From the IMG/VR virus record IMGVR_UViG_3300027714_000005: DNA of 64,000 nt; one strand, written 5' to 3'. Below are positions 42,301 through 52,018 of the stretch, in pieces (the stretch's first letter is position 1; the number at the start of each line of letters is the position of its first letter). A program made the translations under genes and the position numbers. The notes beneath the pieces are model-generated. The model was not told the DNA's origin, ran no database searches, and saw nothing but the letters and a program-made list of their open reading frames with translations. This DNA is from a virus.

Positions 42301-44904
42301 GAAGCACTTTCCTATTACAATTCGACTGCTGATATAACTGTAAACGTGGGTCAAGAATTCTTGATTCGTGTTAAGAACGAGACTGGTGCAACGATTACTA
42401 ATGGTAGTCTTGTATATGTTACAGGTTCTACAGCTGGAGTTCCTACGGTTGCTCCCGCACGTTCCAACTCCTTTACAACCTATAAAGCAATTGGTATGGC
42501 GACTCAAGATATCGTCAACAATTCAGTCGGTTTTGTTACCGAGACAGGTTTTGTAAATGATGTTAATACAGGTGGATTTACTGAAGGTGCAACTCTTTAT
42601 CTATCTCCTGATTCTGCGGGTGTATTTACTACAACAGAACCTACTGGTGGAGATTTCCCATATACAGTTGGTTGGGTAATTACTGCTGATTCATCTGCGG
42701 GTCGAGTATTGGTTCGTAACTCTACCGAGACATTTGATAATGTCCGTGCAACACATGATATAGTTGCGGATAGAAAAATAACTGCGGATAGTGCTGAATT
42801 CAATCTAGTGCAGATGTCAAACTCTGAGTACACTGGTGCGGTTGTTCCAACGTTGCGTGAAGGTAACCTGTTCTACATGAATGGCCCTGACGCACTAGCG
42901 TATCAGAATGCTGACGTAACTATAAAACTTTCTCAAGATGATGTTACTCGTGTATATAACAACAGTGGTACTAGTATCGCAAAGGGTAAGGCAGTATACG
43001 TATCTGGCGCATCCAGTGACTTCCCTACCATTGCACTTGCAAGGTCGAATGCGTTCTCTACTGTTCAAAACACACTTGGTCTTACTGCACACGTAATTGC
43101 AAACGGTGCCTTTGGTTTCGTAACAACTCGTGGTTGTTTTGGTGGTATTAACACTGCGGCATTTTCTGCGGGTAATAGAGTACACGTATCCCCTGATTCT
43201 GCGGGTGAGTTGGTAACTGTCAACCCAGTATTCCCCAACTACGCATTTGAGATTGGTACAGTACTTGTTGCTGACTCCGCTAGTGCTGGTGGTGTAGGTG
43301 GTTGTATTCAGGTTGACCCGAAATCGGAAGTATTTGAAACAGTACGAGTTGATGGTGTATCAAGATTCGATGGTAATGTAACTATCGCAGGTAACTTGAA
43401 CATCCTTGGTTCCGAGTCTAAGACTACGGTTGCCACTCTTGCGGTTGGTGACCAGTTTATCTCTGTACAAGAAGGTGACACAATCACTACTGTACTACGT
43501 ACTGGTGACTCAGGTGTCAACAACGTACTCTTTAAGGATCATTATAAGGGTGACGATACACAAACATACTTTGTACAAATCTACGATGCGGATAGTGCTG
43601 CTGCGGGTGATGTCATTCGATGGGGTCTTGACTCTGCGAATGGTGGGCCGGGCATTGGTGCGTTCAAACACGTAGGATTCGATTCTGCGGGTGGAGACTC
43701 TGATTGGAACTTAAAGACTAATGGTCTAACAAACATTCCACTACGTTTCAATATTACTCTAGATGTTGGTACAGACAACGGTCACGATAGTGGTGACGTA
43801 TGGAAAGGTGCCGCTGCACCACTTAACGAAGACTTTGGTTTCTTTGGTAACTACAATACGGGTTCACAACCCTTTACTCATGCGGGTATGTTCTATGATG
43901 CATCCGCAACTAAGTTTAAGTTCTTTGATAGATACGACCTTGATATCGCAGGAAACGTAAATACTAGTGGTGGTAACTTCGCACTAGGTGATGTGGAAGC
44001 CGCATCCTTTACTGGTGCCTTGACTGGTGCGGTAACTGGTAATGCCTCTACCGCAACACTCCTACAGAATGCAAGAACCATTGCAATCAATGGTGATGTT
44101 ACTGGTACTGCAACCTCATTCAACGGTGGTTCATCTATCAGTATCGCAGCTGCGATTACTGCTGGTTCGATTATCAATGCTGATATTAAGTCCGATGCCG
44201 CAATTGTAGACACTAAACTTGCTACAATCGCTACTGCGGGTAAGGTAAATAACTCTGCAACAACTGCTACTGCCGCAAACACTGGGTCTGCAATCATTGC
44301 CCGTAATGCGAGTGGTAACTTTGCGGGTGGTACATTCACTGGTGAAGTCAACCGTGATGCACAAACTACAGTAACCGCAGGAACATATGGTTCTGCAACT
44401 GCAATCCCTGTCCTTACAATTGACGCAAATGGTTTTGTTGATAGTGCTGGAACGATTGGTGTATCAGGTATCACTGGTGTAACATACGACTCAAGTAATG
44501 GTAATCTTACTATCGCAACAAGCGGAGATGACTTTGTTGATAACATTAACCTAAGTCCATTCACTACTGCGAACTTGGCCGAGAACACCAATCTCTACTA
44601 CACCAACGCAAGAGCAAGAGCATCTATCGCAGGTCGTAACGGACTTGCATATAATGCTTCTACTGGTGTGATGGATATTGACTCTGCGAATGTTAGAGGA
44701 ATGTTTAGTGCAAGTGGTCAACTTGCTTACAACTCAGGTACTGGTGCGTACACATTTACTAACAGATCAAATGCCGACACATTGACCGCAATCAAAGCAG
44801 TGGATGGTGCCTCAAGTGGTTTGGATGCGGACTTGTTAGATGGACAACACGGTGCACACTACCGCATCAACGTATACAATAACGCAGGTTCGTTGTTAAA
44901 CTAA
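39388..44904 (+). CDS. long tail fibre / adhesin-like protein (about 1838 aa)
   Basis: Start after AGGAAGG; repeated EG.NLYYT..R, GD.SL.Y...TG.F and TYGSAT.IPV modules; C-terminal SGLDADLLDG. Confidence 0.85.
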   Translation: MADKIIVKKVVVGTPIKRVTAGAFSIANLAGVDVTATESDGSILAYNKLSGKWEITNLRTDANINLNFDSAQNKYTFGFDNTAFTGSLIPDSNEAYDLGSATKRFRDIYLSGNTIGLGTLSLKDSGGDLIIVDSQNNKLNLGISLSTNNTAIMSFDSNAGTFVFNDSDIARTNINETFHQGVTVVNGATVDSATITNIANSVLTGKAATLDSAAIGNLLVTGNTILQGNLTITGTETVVNTETINLADNTIILNSNATGAPSQNSGIEVERGDSANKSFLWDETNDYWTLGSESLVTTGKVLFGNMYSAEGDLPSASTYHGMFAHVHGTGKGYFSHAGAWHKLLDETSSTTASLTEGSNLYYTRARFDSALGDATSTASVRGYVSGDKGLVYNSSTGVFDIDSANIKGMFSATGDLTYNSSTGAFSFDVEDVYTKVNFDSDLGDALVGGTGISYDSSSDTISITNTGVAAATYGSATQIPVFTVNAQGQLDSAGTVAVAGVTSFTFDSSDGDISIGTADGATFTTRINLSPFTTSTLTEQGNLYYTDVRARNSQSVTDAGGDGSLSYNTSTGVLTYTGPSASETRAHFSAGGDMTYDSSTGRFSIDVEQIYTKANFDSDFLSRLVTQIDSAGITTATIGTLNNTTLVGSQATFDSATITTLTNTNMVGSQATFDSANITALGGITGFDATSTSTLRGLFSAGGDLTYNASTGQYSFDVETVYTKANFDSDLGDANTAQLPEGTNLYYTTARSDSDFDIRLATKTTANVTEGSNLYYTTARSDSDFDIRLATKSTTNVSEGNNLYYTTARADSDAKASLLVNDAGGDGSLAYDSATGVFTYTGPSASEVRAHLTANRGLSVTSGGQFNIDSANVKGMFSVTDAGGDGSLSYSNGVITYTGPSATEVRAHLSAGTGVTYSGGAISIGQDVGTSADVTFDKLTVDSAIADHLDLIPQSPNPNKVRGRIFYDSAEEALSYYNSTADITVNVGQEFLIRVKNETGATITNGSLVYVTGSTAGVPTVAPARSNSFTTYKAIGMATQDIVNNSVGFVTETGFVNDVNTGGFTEGATLYLSPDSAGVFTTTEPTGGDFPYTVGWVITADSSAGRVLVRNSTETFDNVRATHDIVADRKITADSAEFNLVQMSNSEYTGAVVPTLREGNLFYMNGPDALAYQNADVTIKLSQDDVTRVYNNSGTSIAKGKAVYVSGASSDFPTIALARSNAFSTVQNTLGLTAHVIANGAFGFVTTRGCFGGINTAAFSAGNRVHVSPDSAGELVTVNPVFPNYAFEIGTVLVADSASAGGVGGCIQVDPKSEVFETVRVDGVSRFDGNVTIAGNLNILGSESKTTVATLAVGDQFISVQEGDTITTVLRTGDSGVNNVLFKDHYKGDDTQTYFVQIYDADSAAAGDVIRWGLDSANGGPGIGAFKHVGFDSAGGDSDWNLKTNGLTNIPLRFNITLDVGTDNGHDSGDVWKGAAAPLNEDFGFFGNYNTGSQPFTHAGMFYDASATKFKFFDRYDLDIAGNVNTSGGNFALGDVEAASFTGALTGAVTGNASTATLLQNARTIAINGDVTGTATSFNGGSSISIAAAITAGSIINADIKSDAAIVDTKLATIATAGKVNNSATTATAANTGSAIIARNASGNFAGGTFTGEVNRDAQTTVTAGTYGSATAIPVLTIDANGFVDSAGTIGVSGITGVTYDSSNGNLTIATSGDDFVDNINLSPFTTANLAENTNLYYTNARARASIAGRNGLAYNASTGVMDIDSANVRGMFSASGQLAYNSGTGAYTFTNRSNADTLTAIKAVDGASSGLDADLLDGQHGAHYRINVYNNAGSLLN

Positions 44905-44918
44905 GGATAAATAGATAA

Positions 44919-45719
44919 ATGTCACAATACAATAGAATAACAAGCCGATCCCAGTTTGTCGATTACTGTCTCCGTAGATTGGGACACCCCGTGATCGAAA
45001 TCAACGTGGACGATGAACAAATTGAAGACCGTGTTAACGATGCGTTACAACTGTTTGGTGAATACAATGGTGAGGGTAGTTACCGAATTTACGTTACAAT
45101 CACCATAACAGCTGCAATGGTATCTAGAGGTAGTATTGATTTCGATTTGGACGAAGGGCTACTACCGTCAGGTATAAACCCAGATGACATATTGAGTATT
45201 TTGCGAGTACTTCCGTTTGACACTTCATCTAGTAGCACTAGTTTCATGGACGCTAAATATCAAATGCGTCTTAATGATATTCATGGTATGCAAAATGGTC
45301 TGGCTGACATTGCGGGTTACGAACAAATGCAACAGTACCTGAGTCTCATTGATATGAAACTGACGGGTACTCCACAGATTCAATGGACAAGACAGGGTAA
45401 CGCCTTACAGATATTTGGTGATCTTGGTGGAACTGGAGACCTCAAGGCTGGTAAATCAATCGTGGCTGAAATGTATGTTGCGACAAGTGCCAACGCTAAT
45501 GGTAAACTATATAATAATATATTCCTGAAAGAATACGCAACCGCACTCATAAAAGAACAGTGGGGTGCAAACCTTATTAAGTTTGAAGGAATGGTACTGC
45601 CTGGCGGTGTTCAACTTAATGGTAGACAAATTTACGAAGATGCCAAATCGGAAATCGAAGTTATTCGTCAACGCATATATAATGAGTATGACACTCCACC
45701 AGACTTCTTTGTAGGATAA
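44919..45719 (+). CDS. gp13: neck protein gp13
   Basis: YCLRRLG.PVIEINVD.EQ.EDR..DAL, LK.YATALIK.QWG.NL.KF.G..LPGGV.LNG. Confidence 0.95.
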   Translation: MSQYNRITSRSQFVDYCLRRLGHPVIEINVDDEQIEDRVNDALQLFGEYNGEGSYRIYVTITITAAMVSRGSIDFDLDEGLLPSGINPDDILSILRVLPFDTSSSSTSFMDAKYQMRLNDIHGMQNGLADIAGYEQMQQYLSLIDMKLTGTPQIQWTRQGNALQIFGDLGGTGDLKAGKSIVAEMYVATSANANGKLYNNIFLKEYATALIKEQWGANLIKFEGMVLPGGVQLNGRQIYEDAKSEIEVIRQRIYNEYDTPPDFFVG

Positions 45720-45723
45720 CATA

Positions 45724-46626
45724 ATGGCAACGAACCCGTATTTCAAACAAGGTGTTCGTTCTGAACAAAACGTCTACGAGGACATCATAATTGAAGCCCT
45801 CCAGATGTATGGACAGGACGTATATTACCTCCCACGAGAAATCGTTAACAAGGATTCAATCTTTCTTGATGACATCCCGTCACGTTTTGGTTCTGCATAC
45901 AAGATAGAAATGTATATCGAGAACACCGAAGCGTTTGATGGAGAGGGAGACTTATTCACCAAATTTGGAATCGAACTCCGAGACCAAGCAAACTTCATCG
46001 TCTCTAGAAAGAGATGGAAACAACTTGTCGGTGCACGTCTAGCGGAAACGGCAAACTTCCGTCCACGTGAAGGTGACCTAATCTTCTTGTCATTGTCCAA
46101 GTCTATCTTCGAGATCCGTAAGGTAGAGACTGAGAGTCCATTTTTCCAGTTACAAAATCTTCCCACGTTCCGTATGCAGTGTGAACTGTTTGAATACAGT
46201 GACGAAGACTTTGATACTGATGTTGTTGATATTGACATGGTGGAAGGTGAAGGTGCATTCCAATACTCCTTGACACTCGACTCCTCTGGTTTATACAACA
46301 ACCTTGCTGGTACAACTGGTACTAGTTTCACGATTGGTGAACAGGTATTGCAGACTTTCACTGGATATGACATGGTAGGTGAAATTACTCGTTGGAGTGA
46401 TTCTGACAACACCTTACATATCGGACACGCAGGTGCAACTGATGGTAAGTATCATGTTTTCGTAACAGGCAGATCGGTTACCGGACAATCTTCGGGTAGG
46501 GTCGCTAAACCTACTCTTGTTGCAGAATTACAAGAGATTCAGAAAGACGCACAGAACAAAACCTTTAATGACTTCGAAGCCGACTTCCTCGACTTCTCTG
46601 AGTCCAATCCGTTCGGAGACTTGTAA
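45724..46626 (+). CDS. gp14: neck protein gp14
   Basis: NPYF, EQ...E..I.E....YG.DVYYLPR, F.G.GD.F.KFG, P.EGDLI, DFSE.NPFG. Confidence 0.95.
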   Translation: MATNPYFKQGVRSEQNVYEDIIIEALQMYGQDVYYLPREIVNKDSIFLDDIPSRFGSAYKIEMYIENTEAFDGEGDLFTKFGIELRDQANFIVSRKRWKQLVGARLAETANFRPREGDLIFLSLSKSIFEIRKVETESPFFQLQNLPTFRMQCELFEYSDEDFDTDVVDIDMVEGEGAFQYSLTLDSSGLYNNLAGTTGTSFTIGEQVLQTFTGYDMVGEITRWSDSDNTLHIGHAGATDGKYHVFVTGRSVTGQSSGRVAKPTLVAELQEIQKDAQNKTFNDFEADFLDFSESNPFGDL

Positions 46627-47405
46627 TGTTTGGAACATGGTTTTATCATAAGAGAGTAAGAACTGCGGTATCTGTATTTGGGTCGATGTTCAACAACCTA
46701 CATGTCCTCCGTCACAATAGTGCGGGGGAGACAGTATCACAGGTTAAAGTACCTCTGTCATATGCACCAAAGAGAAACTTCATCTCACGTTTGGATGAGA
46801 TGAGTAAGGGTGAGGATGCAGAACGTAGGGTTGCTATTAAGTTACCTCGTATGTCGTTTGAGATTACAAACATGGCATATGACCCGTCACGACAGTTACC
46901 CAAGGTAAACAAAATCTCTAAAGCGAGTAATGAGATAACTAAACGACAGAAGATTTACACATCTACTCCGTATACAATCTCGTTTCAGTTAAACATCTAT
47001 GCAAAATCACAGGACGATGCGTTACAACTTGTTGAACAGATTCTACCATATTTTGCACCACAGTACACCGCAACGATTAAACCCTTTGCAGATATTCCCA
47101 CACTAACCGAAGATGTTCCTATCTCTATGTCGGGCATAACCTTCCAAGATGATTACGAGGGTTCGATAGAACAACGTAGGACTATTATATATACATTAGA
47201 CTTCGAAATGAAAATTGCGTTATACGGGCCCGAAGGGACTGGTGAGATTATTCGTGATGTCCGAAACAACTTCTTCTTACAAGAAACTGGATTACGGGAC
47301 AGTGACACATATCTCAAGACGCAGAAGATTACTCCGAATCCATCTAGTGTTGCTGCGGACAGTGACTATGGATTTACTACAGTAGACTTGGATAGCAGTG
47401 GATAA
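46626..47405 (+). CDS. gp15: tail sheath stabilizer / terminator gp15
   Basis: FYH..R.....FG..FN, KVPL.Y.PK..F, LPRMSFE, Q..EQILPYF.P. Confidence 0.95.
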   Translation: MFGTWFYHKRVRTAVSVFGSMFNNLHVLRHNSAGETVSQVKVPLSYAPKRNFISRLDEMSKGEDAERRVAIKLPRMSFEITNMAYDPSRQLPKVNKISKASNEITKRQKIYTSTPYTISFQLNIYAKSQDDALQLVEQILPYFAPQYTATIKPFADIPTLTEDVPISMSGITFQDDYEGSIEQRRTIIYTLDFEMKIALYGPEGTGEIIRDVRNNFFLQETGLRDSDTYLKTQKITPNPSSVAADSDYGFTTVDLDSSG

Positions 47406-47408
47406 TAT

Positions 47409-47774
47409 ATGAGTGATACAAGTAACGATAAGAATATCAAAGATGACTATACTACCTCCCGTGAAACCTATCACGATATAATCGAGAAGGGTAAGGAGAG
47501 TATGGAGTTGATGATTGAGGTGGCACGTGAGAGTGAACACCCCCGTGCTTTTGAAGTACTATCTGGTATGATGAAGAACATGGCAGATGTCACTGACAAA
47601 CTGATGGACTTGAATAAGAAACACAAGGAAATCAACCAGACCGATGAACCCAAACAAATTGGTGGTACAACTACCAATAACCTGTTCGTAGGAACTACTA
47701 CAGACCTACAACGTCTTATACAGAATGAAAAACAAGTGGATACCATAATAGATGTCGAACCCGAACAGGAATGA
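47409..47774 (+). CDS. gp16: terminase small subunit gp16
   Basis: DY...R......I..G, A.ESEHPRAFEV, NNLFVG.T.DLQ. Confidence 0.92.
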   Translation: MSDTSNDKNIKDDYTTSRETYHDIIEKGKESMELMIEVARESEHPRAFEVLSGMMKNMADVTDKLMDLNKKHKEINQTDEPKQIGGTTTNNLFVGTTTDLQRLIQNEKQVDTIIDVEPEQE

Positions 47775-49356
47775 ATCCTATCTAGGTAACATTAATGTTA
47801 AGCGTGATGGAGTTCAACATAGTTTTACCGAATGGGAAATCAAAGAATACTTAAAGTGTTCGAGTGACCCTGTATACTTCTGTAAGAATTATCTAAAAGT
47901 AATCTCTCTGGATGACGGGTTAGTGCCGTTTGACTTGTATCCATATCAAGAGACTATGTTTGACCACTTCAATAACAACCGATTCTCTATCGTACTTGCG
48001 TGTAGACAGTCAGGTAAATCAATCAGTTCGGTTGGTTACATACTCTGGTTTGCGGTCTTCCACAGTGAGAAGGTCATTGCTGTACTTGCGAATAAAGGTT
48101 CTACTGCAAGGGAGATGTTGGGTCGTGTCACACTCATGTTGGAGAACCTTCCGTTCTTCCTTCAGCCAGGAACTAAGGCACTCAACAAGGGTTCTATCGA
48201 ATTCAGTAACAACTCACGTATCATTGCCGCATCTACCTCTGGTAGTTCTATTCGTGGTATGTCGGTTAACCTATTGTTCCTAGATGAGTTTGCGTTTGTT
48301 GAACGTGCAAATGAGTTCTACACATCTACCTATCCGGTAATCTCTGCGGGTAAAGATACTAAGGTTATCATTACATCTACCGCAAATGGCATCGGTAATA
48401 CGTTCCATAAGATATGGGAAGGTGCGGTACAGAAGGTAAATGACTTCATTCCGTTTACAGTGAACTGGTATGATGTGCCGGGCCGAGACGAGGCATGGAA
48501 GAAACAGACGATAGGTAATACATCCCAATTACAGTTTGACCAAGAATTTGGCAATACTTTCTTTGGAACAGGTGACACCCTAATTAATGCCGAGACACTA
48601 TTGGGGTTTCGTGCATCAAACCCTTCGTCTCATCGTGAAGGGGGTGACTTTTTAATATATGACAATCCAGAACAAGAACACGAATATGTTATGTGTGTGG
48701 ACGTATCAAAAGGAAGAGGTCAAGATTATTCTACGTTTAACGTAATCGACATTAGCACAAGACCTTTCAAACAGGTTGCTGTCTATCGCAATAATACTAT
48801 TTCTCCATTACTCTTTCCTAATATTATATATAAGTATGCAAATTTCTACAATGAGGCATATGTTGTTGTTGAATCAAACGACCAAGGTACGGTTGTGTGT
48901 AATGGACTGTATCAAGACCTAGAGTATGAGAACCTTCATATGGAGTCCGCAGTCAAGGCAGACCGAATTGGCATAGAGATAAATAGGAAGACCAAGAGAC
49001 TTGGTTGTTCTTCTATCAAGGATATACTAGAAGAGAAGAAGTTGAGTATCGTTGATGAGAATACCATCATGGAGATATCAACCTTTACTTCAAGAGGTCA
49101 GTCATACGAAGCATCTGATGGTAACCACGATGACCTGATGATGAATCTTGTTATGTTCGGATACTTCGTAACGTCACAGTTCTTTGCTGACATGACAGAT
49201 ATCAATCTTAAAGAGATGATGTTTGCGAGGAAGATGAAAGAGATTGACGATGACGTACCACCAGTTGGTTTCATTGATAATGGATTAGATGATGTTATTG
49301 ATGACGAAGACACATCTAGAGGATGGCACACATTCGAAGCTGGAACTCAGTGGTAA
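47752..49356 (+). CDS. gp17: terminase large subunit gp17
   Basis: YLGN.N.K, RQSGKS, LFLDEFAF, ITSTANG, DVS.GRG.DYS, HDDL.M. Confidence 0.97.
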   Translation: MSNPNRNESYLGNINVKRDGVQHSFTEWEIKEYLKCSSDPVYFCKNYLKVISLDDGLVPFDLYPYQETMFDHFNNNRFSIVLACRQSGKSISSVGYILWFAVFHSEKVIAVLANKGSTAREMLGRVTLMLENLPFFLQPGTKALNKGSIEFSNNSRIIAASTSGSSIRGMSVNLLFLDEFAFVERANEFYTSTYPVISAGKDTKVIITSTANGIGNTFHKIWEGAVQKVNDFIPFTVNWYDVPGRDEAWKKQTIGNTSQLQFDQEFGNTFFGTGDTLINAETLLGFRASNPSSHREGGDFLIYDNPEQEHEYVMCVDVSKGRGQDYSTFNVIDISTRPFKQVAVYRNNTISPLLFPNIIYKYANFYNEAYVVVESNDQGTVVCNGLYQDLEYENLHMESAVKADRIGIEINRKTKRLGCSSIKDILEEKKLSIVDENTIMEISTFTSRGQSYEASDGNHDDLMMNLVMFGYFVTSQFFADMTDINLKEMMFARKMKEIDDDVPPVGFIDNGLDDVIDDEDTSRGWHTFEAGTQW

Positions 49357-49390
49357 CTAAGGGTATTCAGCTTTCCCCTGAACAGCTAGG

Positions 49391-49419
49391 ATTATACACT
49401 ATTTTACACAATTTGTCAA
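49391..49419 (-). promoter_or_regulatory. sigma70 consensus promoter antisense to gp17
   Basis: Minus strand reads TTGACA-17 nt-TATAAT. Confidence 0.75.
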
Positions 49420-49443
49420 GCACTTTCTTTAAATAACAATTCT

Positions 49444-49451
49444 TATAAATA
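49444..49451 (+). promoter_or_regulatory. late promoter TATAAATA
   Basis: Upstream of gp18. Confidence 0.8.
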
Positions 49452-49538
49452 AATGTATTGAAACTACCGTTAATAATGACGGTGTTCGCACCGTATTATG
49501 TTAACTTATAATTAGATAAAAAACGAAAGGATAAAGTT

Positions 49539-51392
49539 ATGGCTCTTTTTACACCCTCTGCTTCTCCTGCGGTAACCGTAAAGGAAATTGACCTGACGGG
49601 CGTAGTCCCCAATGTTCAAACCTCTACTGGTGCAATCGTAGGAAACTTCGGATGGGGCCCTGTAGGTGTTGCAACACTAATCTCGGATGAGACTGGTTTA
49701 GTAAGCACATTCAGCGCACCAACTGACGCAAACTCGGTAGATTTTCACTCTGCTGCATATTTTTTAAGATACTCCAATTCAATGTACGTAGTACGTGAAC
49801 AGGACAGTGACGGCGTTAACGCTGTTGCGAACAACGCTAGTCTTGGCTCGTTGACCGCACAGACGGTCAATAACCGAGACGCACTTGACGCACTATCTAT
49901 AGATAGTTCTGATGGTGCTTTTATTGCGAAATATCCTGGCGCACTAGGTAACTCTCTTAAAGTTTCTCTTATAGGAGTAGATACGGCAGGTAGTAGTAAC
50001 ACTGCCAGAGCTAAGACTATCTTCGATGGTTGGGCTTATAAAGGTTCGTTCGATGGCCCAACTGGTACATCTCCTTTCGCTACTAGTATTGGCGCACTGA
50101 ACGATGAAATCCACATTGCGGTTATTGACGAAACTGGTGACATCTCTGGAACTGCTGGAACTGTCCTTGAGACGTTCCCGTACCTATCTGTTGCTTCCAA
50201 CGCAAAATCTCCTGACGGAACATCAAACTACTATGTAGACGTTCTAAAGGATCGTTCCGCTTGGATTTATGCAGGTGCATTCCACGCAGACTCTAATGGT
50301 GCATCAAACGATTTCGTTGGTGCAGGTAATGCCGCTGCAGTAACAGCCCGTAATGGAGTTGGTAATTGGGGCACCTCTGCCGTATCTACCGCAGACTTCG
50401 CAACCCTTAGTACCCCAGCAATGAATGGTGCCGCATTTAATGGTCGTAGTTTCGACAGTGCTCAAAGCACATGGTCGTTCAACAGTGGTATCACTTCTGC
50501 TTCCCTTGGAACTGATGACGTTCTTCGTGGATACAACAAGTTCGAAGACGTTGACAACATCGAAGTTGACTTCTTAATTGCACCCGAATCAATCTCCGAT
50601 GCATCGGCTACTACTGTCGTAAATGACCTAATCGCTACTGCTGAACTACGTAAGGATTGTGTTGCTGTTGCATCACCTTCTCGTACTGCTGTAGTCACTA
50701 CTGGTACTAACGCTGCTATCCTTACTAACGGTAACCTATACACTAAGTCATCTTACGCTATACAAGATAACAACTACATCAAAGTATTTGATAAGTACAA
50801 TGATAAGTATATTAAGATTCCTGCTGCATCTTCCACTGCTGGTCTTATGGCTGCAACCGACTTAGTCGCTGCACCTTGGTTCAGTCCTGCTGGTTCTAGA
50901 CGTGGTCGTTACCTTGGTATTACCGACATCGTAGTATCTCCGACTAAAGCAGAAAGAGATGCATTGTACAAGGTTGGTATTAACCCAATCGCAAATATCC
51001 CAGGCGAAGGTGTTATGCTCTTCGGTGATAAGACAAATATGTCACGTCCAAGTGCGTTTGATCGCATTAACGTTCGTAGATTGTTCCTAGGTATAGAACG
51101 TGCAATTGCAATTGCTGGTCGCAACGTAATGTTTGAATTCAATGACGAGTTTACTCGTGCTGAGTTTGTTAACATCGTTGAACCGTTCCTTCGTGAGATT
51201 CAAGGTAGACGTGGTATCACGGACTTCCGAGTAATCTGTGACGAGACGAACAACACTCCAGCAGTTACCGCACGTAATGAATTCATAGCTTCTATCTTCA
51301 TCAAACCCGCTCGTTCTATTAACTACGTAACATTGAATTTTGTTGCAGTTAGAACTGGTGTCGAGTTTGAAGAAATAGTTGGCACAGTATAA
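49539..51392 (+). CDS. gp18: tail sheath protein gp18
   Basis: SP.V.VKEIDLT, F.WGP, PWFSPAG..RG, FGDKT....SAFDRINVRRLF, IKPARSIN. Confidence 0.97.
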   Translation: MALFTPSASPAVTVKEIDLTGVVPNVQTSTGAIVGNFGWGPVGVATLISDETGLVSTFSAPTDANSVDFHSAAYFLRYSNSMYVVREQDSDGVNAVANNASLGSLTAQTVNNRDALDALSIDSSDGAFIAKYPGALGNSLKVSLIGVDTAGSSNTARAKTIFDGWAYKGSFDGPTGTSPFATSIGALNDEIHIAVIDETGDISGTAGTVLETFPYLSVASNAKSPDGTSNYYVDVLKDRSAWIYAGAFHADSNGASNDFVGAGNAAAVTARNGVGNWGTSAVSTADFATLSTPAMNGAAFNGRSFDSAQSTWSFNSGITSASLGTDDVLRGYNKFEDVDNIEVDFLIAPESISDASATTVVNDLIATAELRKDCVAVASPSRTAVVTTGTNAAILTNGNLYTKSSYAIQDNNYIKVFDKYNDKYIKIPAASSTAGLMAATDLVAAPWFSPAGSRRGRYLGITDIVVSPTKAERDALYKVGINPIANIPGEGVMLFGDKTNMSRPSAFDRINVRRLFLGIERAIAIAGRNVMFEFNDEFTRAEFVNIVEPFLREIQGRRGITDFRVICDETNNTPAVTARNEFIASIFIKPARSINYVTLNFVAVRTGVEFEEIVGTV

Positions 51393-51405
51393 GGAGTATT
51401 GAGAA

Positions 51406-51933
51406 ATGGCAATTTTAGGCGTAGACGATTTTAAATCAAAACTAAGAGGCGGGGGCGCACGTCCCAACCTCTTCAAAGCAACCATCAACTTTCCTGGCTA
51501 TGCGGGGGGAGATGTAGAACTTACATCCTTCTTGTGTAAGACGGCAGCGTTACCTGCTTCAGAAATGGGAGTGTTCGAAGTTCCGTTCAGAGGTCGTCAA
51601 TTAAAAATGGCGGGTGACCGTATATTTGCACCTTGGACAGTAACAATTATCAATGATACCGATTTCGCAATCCGTAATGCTATGGAACGTTGGATGAATG
51701 GTATGAATGGTCACCAGATAAATACTGGTTTGAATAATCCTACCGATTATCAAGCAGACCTGATCATTGAACAACTTGACCGTGATGGTTCTACAATAAA
51801 AACTTATAACTTCCGTGGATGTTTCCCTACTACCGTCAGTGAGATTGCCGTTAGTTACGAAACCAACGATGCTATCGAAGAGTTTACTGTAGACTTCCAA
51901 ATTCAGTATTGGGAAAGTGACACCACTAGTTAA
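51406..51933 (+). CDS. gp19: tail tube protein gp19
   Basis: L.GGGARPNLF, FRGR.LK.AGDR.F..WT.T..ND.DF..R...E.W. Confidence 0.97.
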   Translation: MAILGVDDFKSKLRGGGARPNLFKATINFPGYAGGDVELTSFLCKTAALPASEMGVFEVPFRGRQLKMAGDRIFAPWTVTIINDTDFAIRNAMERWMNGMNGHQINTGLNNPTDYQADLIIEQLDRDGSTIKTYNFRGCFPTTVSEIAVSYETNDAIEEFTVDFQIQYWESDTTS

Positions 51934-51957
51934 TCCATAGTTAAACTAGTTATAAGT

Positions 51958-51990
51958 AAAGGGGTAGGGAATAAACTCTACCCCTTTATT
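51958..51990 (+). terminator. stem-loop after gp19 (probable terminator)
   Basis: AAAGGGGTAG...CTACCCCTTT inverted repeat followed by TTATT. Confidence 0.6.
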
Positions 51991-52018
51991 ATAAGAGCAT
52001 TGAGAGAGATAAGTACAT

